A stretch of 64,000 bases of DNA from Batkoa obscura. Taxonomy: Eukaryota. The translations under genes were made by a program, and so were the position numbers. This document shows, piece after piece, positions 34,007 to 46,127 of this stretch. Position 1 is the first letter of the stretch. Each line of letters opens with the position of its first letter. The stretch lies in NCBI GenBank assembly GCA_030770535.1, contig JASVEC010000002.1, positions 930,001 through 994,000 on the forward strand, read 5' to 3'. Below the pieces are notes generated by a model. The model worked only from the letters and a program-made list of their open reading frames with translations, had not been told where the DNA came from and did not search any database.

Positions 34007-34139
34007 ATTCTTAATATTAGTTTATAATACTAACGAAGGAATACTTACTATTTATAGATTGTCACATTTGAAAAAAGATAAAAGCTCAATTAAAAGCAAG
34101 CTTTGATCATTGAGTTGAATTTGATCACTCTTATTATAT

Positions 34140-34236
34140 GGGGCTGTTTTTTTTAGTTTCATTATTTTTCCATTTTTTAAGCGCTATTTGAGTGGAAAGA
34201 TCATAATAAAATTCTTGAACAAAAAAACACATCCCC
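34140..34236 (-). mobile_element. ~98-bp MITE
   Basis: GGGG..CCCC ends; TSD ATAT. Confidence 0.9.
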
Positions 34237-34498
34237 ATATTTTCATTGTTATTATCTCGATCTATATTAATATTTCAACATTTTACTTGATTGTACTTTT
34301 AGGTATAAATCATTCCATCTAATTGAATAACTGAATAAAGTAATAAAGATAGAAACAAGACCAAAATATTGTAAAAAAATTGAATAAAATATTAATCAAA
34401 CCATAAAATATAAACTTTATTGCTCTTCATAATGAAACTTAGAAATTTAACTTAATATCTTGATCCTCTAGATAATTCCCAAGGCTCCAACCAATTAT

Positions 34499-35554
34499 TT
34501 AATGACCATGATAACCATAATCATACTCGCAATTGCTATATTTATTAGCATCTTTATATTCTCCATAAAAATCTTCAGAAGTACAGGTAGATTCTTTAGG
34601 TTTGTTTGAAGCTGTAGAGGCCATTAGTTTAGTTGAAGTAGAAGTAGGCACTGGGGTAGAGGTAGAAGTGGTTGATCGCGTAAAAGTAGATACTGTTCGA
34701 GAAGTTAATGTAGGACTAGAAACTGATATTGAACTTGTATTTGGATTAGCAATAGAATTAGTGGAGGCAACTAGTACAGTTTTTGGACTTAAATCTTGGC
34801 TTGTACTATTATTGACAAAGTTTTCAACTGGGGTACTATTACTAGTTCTCACTGGAAGAGTTGAACTAGATATTTGATTTGGAGTATATGAACTTGAATT
34901 TTCAATTGGTATACTAATACTAATTTCCGAAGATAGAGTTGAACTAGATCTACTAACTGGAGCGCTATTAGTAGAAGCTTCTACTGGAGTAGATGAGCTC
35001 GAAATCTTGTAAATTTGAGTACTGTTAGTACTTTATACTAGTGAAGTTGAGCTAGACCCATCAACTGGAGTATTATCAGTAACCTTTACTGGTAAAATTG
35101 GACTTGATCCCACGCCTGTAGTACTGCTATTACTTTCTACTGATGGAGCTGAGCCAGATCCTTGGTTTGGACTATCATTAGTAGAAGACTCTACTGCGTT
35201 ACTATTAGTAGCTGTCTCTACACATGGAATTGGATTTGACCCTTGGCTTCGAGTACCATTAGTGGTAGCTTCTATTGGCGGAGTTGAACTGAGTTCCCTA
35301 ACTAGAGTACTGTTAGAAGTATAGAATGGTATAGATTCAGTTTTTGTTTCAGTTTTTATTACATTGACACCTGAGAAACTAATGTTCGTTTCAGGTATCG
35401 ATATAGTAATAGTACCTACCTTGATAGCAACGCTTGTAACTGTTCAGATTTGCGTTTGTACTTTAGTTATTGTTTTAGTTTCTACTGGAAACTCGTTATA
35501 ATAAGCAGAAACTGAATAGCTCAAAATAAGAGCGATGATCAGGCTATATTTCAT
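34499..35554 (-). pseudogene. Secreted Ser/Thr-rich mucin-like protein with two in-frame stops
   Basis: One 352-codon frame starting MKYSLIIALILSYSVSA (signal peptide), with degenerate S/T/P repeats. TGA at 35444-35446 (codon 37) and TAA at 35033-35035 (codon 174). No frameshifts. Confidence 0.8.
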
Positions 35555-35942
35555 TATGATAGATTGAAGTTAACTTGATTTTGATGGTATGTTAATTAAT
35601 AAAAAATGTGATGTTTTTAATATCTAATTTTGACTTTTTTATTATTACATATCCCTCATAATTACAACTCTATCAAGTATTTTTTTTTCAAGAATTAACT
35701 AATTTAAGCTCAATATATTATTGTTTTAGAGTATTTTAATTTAAGATGACCTACAAATTGAATTGTTTTTTGCAAATAATTAAATAACACTTAAATATCG
35801 TGCTTCTATTTATCACTTTCAAAAAATAGCTTAATTGAATAGATCGATTTGTTATGTATTGGGCAATTTAAGTTCGGATTCAAATATATTCAGTAATTAA
35901 TGTTACATTAACTTTATAAAATCAATCTTAAATATACTATGT

Positions 35943-36041
35943 GGGGATGTATTTTTGTGTTTAAGAGCTTTACTAATAATTTTTCTACTCAAATAGCGCT
36001 TAAAGGATGGAAAAAGTAATGAAGCCAAAAAATACATCCCC
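35943..36041 (+). mobile_element. ~98-bp MITE
   Basis: TSD ATGT. Confidence 0.92.
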
Positions 36042-36309
36042 ATGTGTTGTATGTTAATTTAATCCAATCAAATACCATAACTTGCACCACATTTTAGACA
36101 ATGGGCTAAGACCCTCTGTCTTAATTTTCAAATATTACTACAATGATATTTTTGGATATTACAAATTTATCACCATTTCAGAAAATTGACTATGTCATAT
36201 TTCTTTAATCAAAACTCAAACATTAAATACAGTAAACATAAAATAAATAGTAGCAGATAAATAATATATTTTGTTAACTACAATAACTCCATTCATTTCA
36301 AAAATATTT

Positions 36310-36408
36310 GGGGGTGTTTTTTTGTGTTTAAGAATTTTACTAACAATCTTTCCACTCAAATAGTGCTTAAAAAATGGAAAAAATAATGAAATCAAAAAAA
36401 ACACTCCC
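36310..36408 (+). mobile_element. ~98-bp MITE
   Basis: TSD ATTT. Confidence 0.9.
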
Positions 36409-36828
36409 ATTTGATGTTTTACAATTTCTTAACAAATAGACCATCTTAGCTCTTATAAATTATACTTTATTAGTATTGTTCTTTGTTTACAGATTTATTT
36501 GATTAAAGGAAAATTATAAGATAATTTTAATACAACATAGCATTATGAGTTGCACCATTTATATTATTTGATCAAGTATTATGTTATTAATAAGCTTTAT
36601 TTCTATGAAACAACTATTAAAATTCACATAAGTGGCTGTCAGTTTGAAAAGCAATGTTTTAATTAAAGTAAGCCTCTTTTATAGCCAAACGACTTTTGAC
36701 AAACTTTTATGAAATTAAACCTAATATTAAGTTCCAGAATAGAGCTTTACCCTAAAAATAGCTATTGAAAATACAACCAAAAAGTAAAAAACCGCCTTTA
36801 TCATACAAATTTAGCTATATTATATATT

Positions 36829-36926
36829 GGGGCTGTTTTTTTTAGTTTCATTATTTTTCCATTTTTTAAGCGCTATTTATGTGGAAAAATTGTCAGTAAA
36901 ATTCTTAAATACAAAAATACATCCCC
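36829..36926 (-). mobile_element. ~98-bp MITE, identical to 49258-49355
   Basis: Direct comparison of the two copies. Confidence 0.9.
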
Positions 36927-37070
36927 ATATACTTAATTATTATTATTGCCTATTTTTAATACATTTCTCAATCTTTTAAGAATTATTAACTGTCTTGATT
37001 ATTTATTTATAGAATAAATTTACTGAACTATAGCGCACAACCATAAAATCTATTGATACAAGTAGTGTAT

Positions 37071-37166
37071 AGGGATGTGTTTTTTTGTTTAAGGATTTCA
37101 CTAACAATCTTTCCCCTCAAATAGCGCTTAAAAAAATGGAAAAGTAATGAAACCAAAAACATCCTC
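37071..37166 (+). mobile_element. ~98-bp MITE
   Basis: Family core sequence; flanks GTAT/ATAT. Confidence 0.82.
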
Positions 37167-38439
37167 ATATATTAGAAAAATATTTATTGAGTCAAAAAAG
37201 TAATATTCTTATTTTTATTTAGTGTTTAAGTATTAGTATGTAGGAATGCTTTTCTATAAAATTTTCAAATACAAATCAAAAACCAACACTTATTAAAAAG
37301 TACATACTATTGAATATTAAAACTTTTAATTAAACATTATTTCTAAGCTTGATATAAAGGTAACAGTGATATTTTTTTATTCACATATTATAGGTCGAAA
37401 CTTTATGAGTATATTATTTTTTACATAAAGAATATTAATACTTAGCTTCTACTTCCGAGTTGATTTTACACTTAGCACTTAGACCAAATCTTTATAAAAA
37501 AATTCCTTTTATTATTTTGTATCACTATAAACAAAAGAATCTATTTTAAAAAGTGTATCAGTATTTAGATATAAATTTTAAGTTTGAATATTAGATAAAA
37601 TAATGTATCATGTAATTTTTTATTTCTATTAACTTTGTTAAATTTAACTTTTTATTAACAAAATTTTAATGAAAATTTAAATTCTTTATCAGGTATAGCT
37701 AATAAACAAATAAAACCATGAAAGTTACAGTATATTTTTTTATGAAACATTTTGTACTATTAAATTTCCAACTATTTAATAATTTTTTGTTTACTTTTTC
37801 TATAAACTTTTTTAAATTCAATTTCTTTATAAACTTGAAATTAAAGGTTTTACCATTATTACTTTTTTTAAAAATGATATTTGGTTTTGCTGATAACAAC
37901 TATGACGCTCCGTGTTATCTTAAATAAAGCTGACTATAAATCTGTTCCATAGTAAAGCCGTAACTTTTATACTAGACACCGTGTTTGTTTATTTTACTAA
38001 ATTTAAAATGCACTAAAAAGTACTATTTTCCGTTATATAATTCAATGTAGTGACCTAAATTCAATAAGCAATTGGTTGTTTTTATTTATGATGAATATAT
38101 TTTGATAATCTTAATATGTTAAGTTATTTCTCATAATATCTACTTTTAAAATAAAAGTTATTTGAGACATCATTAAGCAAAATAAAATACAAACGTATTA
38201 TAGACTGAAAATTGGTGATGTTAGAGTCTAGTAAACTTGATAGAATTAGAAAATCAGTTCTCTAGGTGATCCGAAACAGGAAATAAATATTTAATGAGAA
38301 ATGATATTAATTGTTCTTGAATACAAAGTCAAAAATATGACTTTATTGGTCTGGGACGTATTAAAAAAATAACCATGAAATTAGTTTAATACAAAAATAA
38401 CGAGTTTGTTGATTGTTTTTTTTTTACTTCTTAATTATT

Positions 38440-39372
38440 ATGAGAGAATTAATTATACCTCCTGCTTATAACCCAACCACTTCACTAGCTGCAATAGCCG
38501 TAATATTTAGTGTTAGTCTTTTATCCTTTTTTACGAATTGTATTGTATTGTATTTGGCTTATAGACTAAAAGATAGGTTATATAACTTAAGTTATCAAAT
38601 CACTTTAGCACTAACATTAACGGATTTATCATCCTCAATATCTGTATTCTTCATGTTTGTTTTCCATATGATATTTGGGTATAAGTATGTTTTCAGTAGT
38701 TCATTTTATTGTCCAGTTTTCGGTGCTATAATGGGAGTAGCCTCAGGGATATCTGGAGTACTTATTGCATGCTTAGCCTTTGAAAGATATATGCTTGTTT
38801 GTCATGGCAGGCAGCTTCCATCTATCATTTCATGGGTTATATTTTCTATATTCTTTTTGATATTAATTTCGACCTCAATGATAAGCTCTATTTATAATGA
38901 TTTCATACCTGATCCAACTTACTCATATTGTCTTCCAATGAATTCTATATCTGCAGATATTGAAAATATAGTTATTAGGGTCGCTTTTATTGGGTCTTTA
39001 TTAGTATTAACATATTGCTATATTGCTATTTTTATTAGATGCTATAGATGGACTATTGCTAAACATAGCGATGACAGCAAATCTCATGAAGAAGCTAGGA
39101 TGGGCAAATCAGTTGCATTACAAGCATTATTATTTTTGATTGTATACTACTTATGCTTTATTCCAAAGCTTCTAGTATATTTCTTTAAGCTTGCATTGGG
39201 TAAAGAGCATCCAGTTGTTTTGGATATTTTAGCACCAGCTGGTATTGCATTTGCTTTTGTTTTAAACCCTGCTATGGTAATATTTTTAAATAGACATTTT
39301 AGAAAAGAGATTGGTATCGTTAATAACACCTTGGTTGGACGAAAGAAATTAGAAAACTTTGATCTTCTATAA
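38440..39372 (+). CDS. Class A (rhodopsin-family) 7TM GPCR
   Basis: Seven hydrophobic segments with TM1 N, TM2 LTLTDL, Cys at the top of TM3 and in ECL2, LAFERY, TM5 YCY, TM6 LCFIP and TM7 LNP followed by NRHFR helix 8. Intronless; ATG at 38440. Confidence 0.9.
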   Translation: MRELIIPPAYNPTTSLAAIAVIFSVSLLSFFTNCIVLYLAYRLKDRLYNLSYQITLALTLTDLSSSISVFFMFVFHMIFGYKYVFSSSFYCPVFGAIMGVASGISGVLIACLAFERYMLVCHGRQLPSIISWVIFSIFFLILISTSMISSIYNDFIPDPTYSYCLPMNSISADIENIVIRVAFIGSLLVLTYCYIAIFIRCYRWTIAKHSDDSKSHEEARMGKSVALQALLFLIVYYLCFIPKLLVYFFKLALGKEHPVVLDILAPAGIAFAFVLNPAMVIFLNRHFRKEIGIVNNTLVGRKKLENFDLL

Positions 39373-39975
39373 GGACTCTTTTGCTTTACGGAAAATTAGT
39401 AAATTCAAGTTATTCATAAGTTTAATATATGGTTTATTCTTTATTATTTCAGAAAACTTTATAATTTGTAACCCTTATTAATGAGTATTTCACAAATATT
39501 ATTAGCTTGGTTATTTAATTATTTAATCAAATTTTAAAGTTTCTATAAATATATATTAATTATTATTATATAATGCCTCTTACACCATAAAACTTCTAAT
39601 ACATCAAATCCTGTAAACATCAAATGATTCTTTTCTCAACAGCCTACTATAAAAATTATGGTAGTAGAGATTAATCGAATAAAAACAAAGAAATTACTTT
39701 AAGTTTCAATATCGATATCTGAGAACGTTTCAAAAAGATTCAATATAAGAATATACCGTAAACATTGCTCTTGACCATAAAATTCCATATAATTTATTTA
39801 GAAAAAATATTTCATACAATACAAGTTATGTAAAGAATTAAAGTCCTGAAGCAAAATAGGCTATTAGGAACATTTGGCCATATTTTTTTGGAATAGGCAT
39901 AAAAATGCTACCTAAAATAGTAATGTTACATAAAACGATGGATGGTAGATAGTTTTTGCAAAATTATTACAATAT

Positions 39976-40070
39976 GGGAATGTATTTTTGTGTTTAAGAA
40001 TTTTACTACAATTTTCCCATTCAAATGGTGCTTGAAAGGTAAAAAAAGTGATGAAGCCAAAAGCATCCCC
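39976..40070 (+). mobile_element. ~98-bp MITE (diverged)
   Basis: Family core sequence. Confidence 0.8.
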
Positions 40071-40827
40071 CTATAATGAACATCAAAACAAACAGACTTA
40101 TTAAGCCAACATGATGTTTTTTTTGATTTGTTTAGAACTCATTGTTAAAATTCTTGCTATAAATTATATTTTATTTTCAATTGTAATAATATAATCAATC
40201 ATGTTTGTTATTTCCTAATTTTTAAAAGCAAAGTAAAGAAATTTAAGCATTCATCAAATATCAGTAGATAAAAGTAGAGTAAATGATCTGTATGGCAACA
40301 CATTTAGTTTAAAAGATCCAAGAAAACCTCAAATGGGATCTTTATTTTTGACCTTTTTTGTGGACTCTGATATGGCGGAACTGCAGTAGAGATATTTAAG
40401 TGTTTTTGTAAACCTGTTTCAACCAGCTATAGATAAAATTTTTTGAGGAGAAAAAAGCGTGGTAATTATATTAGTAAGCAATTTAAATCTTAGAGGCACT
40501 GGAGAAAACCGAGTGTTTATGAGCTATCTTGTGAATCCCCTATAGTATCCTTGTACAGAAAATATCCTATTTCCTGGCAATATAATTGAATAACTTAATA
40601 AATGGCTTAAATAGCACCCTTGATAGCTATCAACTAAATTGTAATAAAATTACCATTAAAGATAAGTTTATAAACAAGTGGAAGTGAGAATTTGAACAAA
40701 AAAGAATAATAAATAACAATGATATAAAAAATATCTTTTTTTATATTTCCATTCTTTTTCTGTTGAGTTTTTATTTTAAAATGCTTATTTCACTTATTTT
40801 CTATAGTTTTATTGAGGGCTATTGAAT

Positions 40828-40920
40828 GGGGATGTATTTTTGTGTTTAAGGATTTTACAAATTTTCCGCTTAAATAGCGCTTAAAAAATGGAAGAAATAA
40901 TGAAGTAAAAAAAACACACC
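40828..40920 (+). mobile_element. ~98-bp MITE (diverged right end)
   Basis: Family core sequence. Confidence 0.8.
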
Positions 40921-41233
40921 GAAATAGTATTGTTTGAACTATTTATTATTTATTCAGTTACATCATTAATAACTGAAATACTTTTTACATAAAAACAAAG
41001 CAGTAGTGAACAAAGTCGAAATTGATATAAGTTTAAAACTATTAAGTAAAGACTTTAAATATCTTTTAAAATATCACTTACCTTACATTATACTAGGCCT
41101 TACAAAATTATGATATTTTAACATCACTTAATTAAGTTTTTTAAAAATACGGATAATGTCAAACTTTATAAAATATCAATTTTATTTAATAAGAGTTAAG
41201 ATTGTCTGATTGTACATATCGCTATTAATATTT

Positions 41234-41779
41234 TTATTGAATAGGAATTTTGGTTTCTTTATCTTCTTCTTTAATATGTTTAGGAATCAATAAGCTTAAT
41301 ATACCATCATTTAACTCAGCTTCAATTTCTTCAATAACGATTTGTTGCTTAACTTTAAAGCTTCTTCTAAAATTCTTTTTTGAGTTGCGTTCAGTAATCA
41401 ACTGTTTACCATACTCAGCATTACTTGAACTATTTATTGACTCAGGATTATCATTCTCCTTCTCTGGGTTGTTTTCATTTTCATTTTCATTTTCAACTAA
41501 TACAGCAGTTTCATGTTTATTTGGTTTTTCCACATACTCTCCTTTTAGGGTGATTGTATTTTCCACGTTATCAAATGAGATATCTAAATTTTCTTTTTTG
41601 AATCCGGGTACTTCAGCTTCAATGATATAGTAATTAGGGTATTCGACAATATCAACTTTTGGCCATTTATCTTGTTTTAAAGCTGGTTTGCACTCACTAT
41701 TTTGGAAATAATATCTTATATAAGATTGATTATCAAAAGCAGAAGTACAGGCAGGTTTGGTAGTATATACTTTAAACAT
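41234..41779 (-). CDS. Small heat-shock protein (HSP20/alpha-crystallin)
   Basis: WPKVDIVE...IEAEVPGFKKENLDI...ER...FRRSF...IEAELNDGILSLLIPK. ATG at 41779. Confidence 0.92.
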   Translation of the reverse strand: MFKVYTTKPACTSAFDNQSYIRYYFQNSECKPALKQDKWPKVDIVEYPNYYIIEAEVPGFKKENLDISFDNVENTITLKGEYVEKPNKHETAVLVENENENENNPEKENDNPESINSSSNAEYGKQLITERNSKKNFRRSFKVKQQIVIEEIEAELNDGILSLLIPKHIKEEDKETKIPIQ

Positions 41780-41815
41780 TTTTATTTTATAAAAAAGCAT
41801 ACTAATCTGTAACTC

Positions 41816-41893
41816 TTTATATACCTTTTAATTCCATTTTACTTCTTTTATCCTACCTTTTATCGACCTTTTTGAAACTACCTAGAAGCTTCT
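41816..41893 (-). promoter_or_regulatory. Putative HSP20 promoter: TATA box and minimal heat-shock element
   Basis: TATATAAA on the minus strand at ~41816-41823 and the palindrome aGAAgcTTCt at 41884-41893. Only two perfect nGAAn units are present. Confidence 0.4.
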
Positions 41894-43613
41894 CTTTTTT
41901 AGTTTACGTTTGCTTGGTGCTTGTATTATTAATATAACTTTTAAGTTATTCTCAGTTATTGTATTTTATTAGTAAACGCAATCGCCCTTGGAAAATAACA
42001 ATAAAATTTAAGCTAATTTAATTGGTTAAAAGTCAAAAAAATTAAATACATGGAATTTAATAAAGTATAGAAGCGTTTAACTAGTTAACTGATTGAAACG
42101 TATATATACACCCTGGAAGAAAACCAGCTATAATTGCTGGATACTAAATGCTTAGTCATTTTTGTTTAGGGTATTTATTACAAAGCATAAAATAAAATAT
42201 TCTATTATTGATATACAATATTCTAATATGTCAACATATTTAATAAAATAGAATATTGATCTATATTTAGTTGTAGTTAAGGTGATAATTTTTATATTTA
42301 TTTGACTTTTCTAAAAGTAAGTTTTTGCAAATTTTTACCAATATTTCTTATATACTATTCATGGCATATAAAACTTCTCAAGTTACTGCTCAAAGCGTAT
42401 ATAGATGTTTCAAAAAAACGACAATTTGAAGTACATTTTTGGATTGAGGTTGATGGTTAACGAGTTAAAGATAGAAGCAAACAGACATATAAAAATAGTC
42501 AAAAAAATAGAAAATGAGATAGAGCATGAAAGCTAAAAAAATCTTACTTCTATAGTTTATATTTTATTGCACACTATATTAATTTAAAGCTGTGAATCAT
42601 ATACCTAGTTTCATTTATGGGCTATTTCCAACATTAGATATTATCTCAATTATTCAGTTTTAAAGTTAGCGCAAAAAAACTATATCTTAGATAAAAAATA
42701 AAAGTAAAATGATATTAAAGATAATAAGAATGTATCAAACAGAACATTTACTAATAAAATACGTCTTTAAATTTCAATGTAGCATTTTCATAGGGATTTA
42801 AGAAGTGGATTGTATTTTTAAAAATAATGATTATTTTTGAAATGATTATAGAATCTTTATGAAAATAAAACTGTTCAACTTTTATTTGATCAAATTAATT
42901 TTATATTTGAGAAAAACAATTATGGTATAGTAGTATAAAATACAAAGGTTACACGTTAAAAAAAATTGTTATACAAAATAAAATCATAAAAACTACCCCT
43001 AAAAAAGTTGCAAAGCTACAACAGTTGTGCTATGAATCTTATCAGTAGCATTTTATAGTATTACTAATATGAAAAATTAAGTGTAAATTCTAACAAATAG
43101 TAAAAATAGATGAATTTTAACATATCCCAAAACAAAAAGTTTATAATCAGAATCAATATTATTAATTAATCTTAAACTAATGAAAGTATTGTTAATAATT
43201 TACAATGGTTATATAGTTTTTATTGACAAATGAGCATTGAGTTTGTTTGTTTGTTTAATTTTGGCACATAGCTTAAATTGTATCTTGATTTAAGTATCAT
43301 CAACATTCATCAATATTTCATTATTTACTAAATGAATTATTATTGCCTCAGATTTACTTGACTAAATGTAAAGTACCATACCTATCCTGATCATCTAATA
43401 ATTCAATATGATGTAAAAGTTTTAAAGCTATTAAATTACAAAAGGTTTAAATTGAGCTAAATATAGAAAATAGTGTATTTAAAACCAGTTATCATTAGCG
43501 GAGCAATCAACTAAAAATAATGATTTTTAAATATATATATTTCTAATATTTAAATAGATAATTATAAAGCTTTAATTAAAAGACTAAACAAACGGGGTAC
43601 TTTGAAAGCAGAT

Positions 43614-43710
43614 GGAGATGTGTTTTTTTGTTTAAGAATTTTACTATAATCTTTCCACTCAAATAGCGCTTAAAAAATGAAAAAATAATGAAACTAAAAA
43701 AAACAGTCCC
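43614..43710 (+). mobile_element. ~98-bp MITE
   Basis: TSD AGAT. Confidence 0.9.
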
Positions 43711-45566
43711 AGATGCTTTAATAAAGATTTCAATGCTTTCCTTTTACAGCTTTTGCGGCTCTATTGCAATCTCATAAACTATTGACTTAAGAATAAAATT
43801 TATCTAAAATCACTGAAGTCTAAGAAGTAGATTAAAAAAACCAACCAAGCAAACAGCTGCCTCCAAAGGTTACTGTAAATAAACTTAAGAAACTACAGAT
43901 GAACTCCTTTTTAAATTTTATCTAATTTTAAAATTATATTATATTATCAAATCATTATTAAAAGCAGAAATTGATGATACTGATATTATATCTATTTTCT
44001 TATAGTGATTTAAATAAAACTAATAGTTTAAGACTTTTTAAAGTAGAAACCACCGCACAATAAACATTATTATTACAAAAAATACACCTCCATATCCTTT
44101 ACTATAAATTAAATCATAAAAACTTTATAAAGAGAAAAGATAAACCATGTACTCAGAGCCCCTATACCTTGTTCATGGGTATTCTAGCTGGTGTCTATAT
44201 AAATTTATTTTCCCAAGCTATTCTCGATTCTATGAAGACATATTTACCACTTCAGAACATTTCTAAAGCATAGATTGAAAACATTACTTTTTATTTAATA
44301 TATATATAAATACATAGTTTTTTATTTTAAAAATGTATTAATAAATGAATATTATCAGAATTTTTGCTATAGTATATAAATTTATTTGTAATAATGTTGG
44401 ATATTAGATTTCAGTAACTTTTTAAACAATCCTCTTATTTTTCTAAAACTTTAAACAAGTTCAAAGTTTTTTTATTAGAATTAAACTATTGACAAACGTT
44501 TATTTTGTAATATGCAATAATCTATTTATGCAATAAAAAATATTTTTGAATAGAATTTGTAAACTATAAATGTCACTAAAAAGATGCTTCATTGTAGTAG
44601 CGAATAGTTTTATTTTTTTAATTAGTAATGTTAAAAATAAATTTTTAAATTGATCAAACCCTTTCATTCTTAATTTTAAATGTTTTTGAAAGAATAACAA
44701 TTTTAAACTGGATATATTAATTTGAAACAGTTAGAATATTATTTATTTTTAAAAAGAACCTAATAAAATATGAACAAACAGCATGTAAATAATCCCAATA
44801 ATCTATAAGCTTATAAAAAAATTATGTATAATTTATGATATCAATAAAATTTACTTGAACATAAAGCAGGAAAATTAAATAGTAACAAAATATTGTTTAT
44901 GAAAAAGATTATTGTAGACAAAACAGAAAGCAATGTACAAAAAAAGAAAGTGATATACAAAAAAATCATAATAAAAAAAATAAAAGCTTGAATCAATTCT
45001 GAAATAGAAATTAGGTCATTAAAACTATGATATTATCAGTTGTATCTTTAAATCACATTACTTTTAAATCTATACAATTTTAACCAAATAAATGGGTGTA
45101 TATATTTATTAGATAACAGTAGGTTGATTTGACAATTACATGAAACGTTATACAAAACGGAATATCAAATATAAAGAGAGAGAAAGAGGGGGTTTATTTA
45201 ATAAATCTATTAGTTTTAGGAGAATAAAAAATAGACCAACTGAGATTAAATGTCTAGAGAAAAAAAATCAAAAAAAAATGGTGAAATAGCAATCAAAATC
45301 TAATTTTTAATAAAATTGCCATAATACTTGGCCTTAACATGAAATAAGAAACTATGCAAAACTTGGAATTTGGATTGCATAATAGTAAATTTAAGCGGAT
45401 TGAAATCAAAATATTTAAGAAATAAAAAAAGAGGTAAAGCACCAAATCATGCCCCGCTTAAACGGTCTTTAAGTAGAAATTCTATTTATAGTAATCGTAC
45501 TTGAGCATTATATAAACAATTTGATGTGAAATTTCAAATCCATTTTTTTTAAACAATTTGATCATA

Positions 45567-46127
45567 ATGAACAAAAGCCAACATCGCTACGTTAGTATAT
45601 TAAATGGTACAGGATTGAATAGGCCCTATTCTTTATCCATAATAAGCGAAGAATCTTCAGATTCATCCAGCCCTTCTTCCCCAGAGTTTGATTTAGAGTT
45701 CTTAGAGCCAATAACTCCACATCTAGATCTAGATGATGCCCCAATACGTAAAAACAGACATTGTATAAGGTTTGATAGGCCGCCCTCAATGCCAATTATT
45801 TTGGATCATGTCGATGCCCCAACCAAAAATAGTTTGAAAAAGGGAATTAAAGCTAATTTGATCAAAAACATTAAAAATAAATCGAATACAATAACAACAC
45901 CAATAGTTGAGGATGAGAATAAAACTAAAAAAGTAGATATGGGTCAATTGAATGTTATAAGGCCGCACACAGTAGATGAAACGACCAAAAGAAATATCTT
46001 TGGATTTCATATAAGGAAATCAAGCTCTGCTTTAAACTCAAATGCTTTTGATTCCATGCTATTTGATAATGAAGATAGCACACTACATCTATCACTTACC
46101 CCCAATTGGCTTCATTCCAGATCTTGA
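45567..46127 (+). CDS. Hypothetical, largely disordered protein
   Basis: 186-aa ORF from ATG 45567 with coding-like GC content in an AT-rich desert; C-terminal FDSMLFD...TLHLSLTP. Confidence 0.65.
   Translation: MNKSQHRYVSILNGTGLNRPYSLSIISEESSDSSSPSSPEFDLEFLEPITPHLDLDDAPIRKNRHCIRFDRPPSMPIILDHVDAPTKNSLKKGIKANLIKNIKNKSNTITTPIVEDENKTKKVDMGQLNVIRPHTVDETTKRNIFGFHIRKSSSALNSNAFDSMLFDNEDSTLHLSLTPNWLHSRS

Noticed and set aside
38440..39372. Light-sensing opsin
   Set aside because: There is no Lys at the retinal-attachment position in TM7.
44070..44095. Isolated MITE-end-like scraps (also ~11486, 22556 and 40092)
   Set aside because: Too short or decayed to distinguish from AT-rich background.
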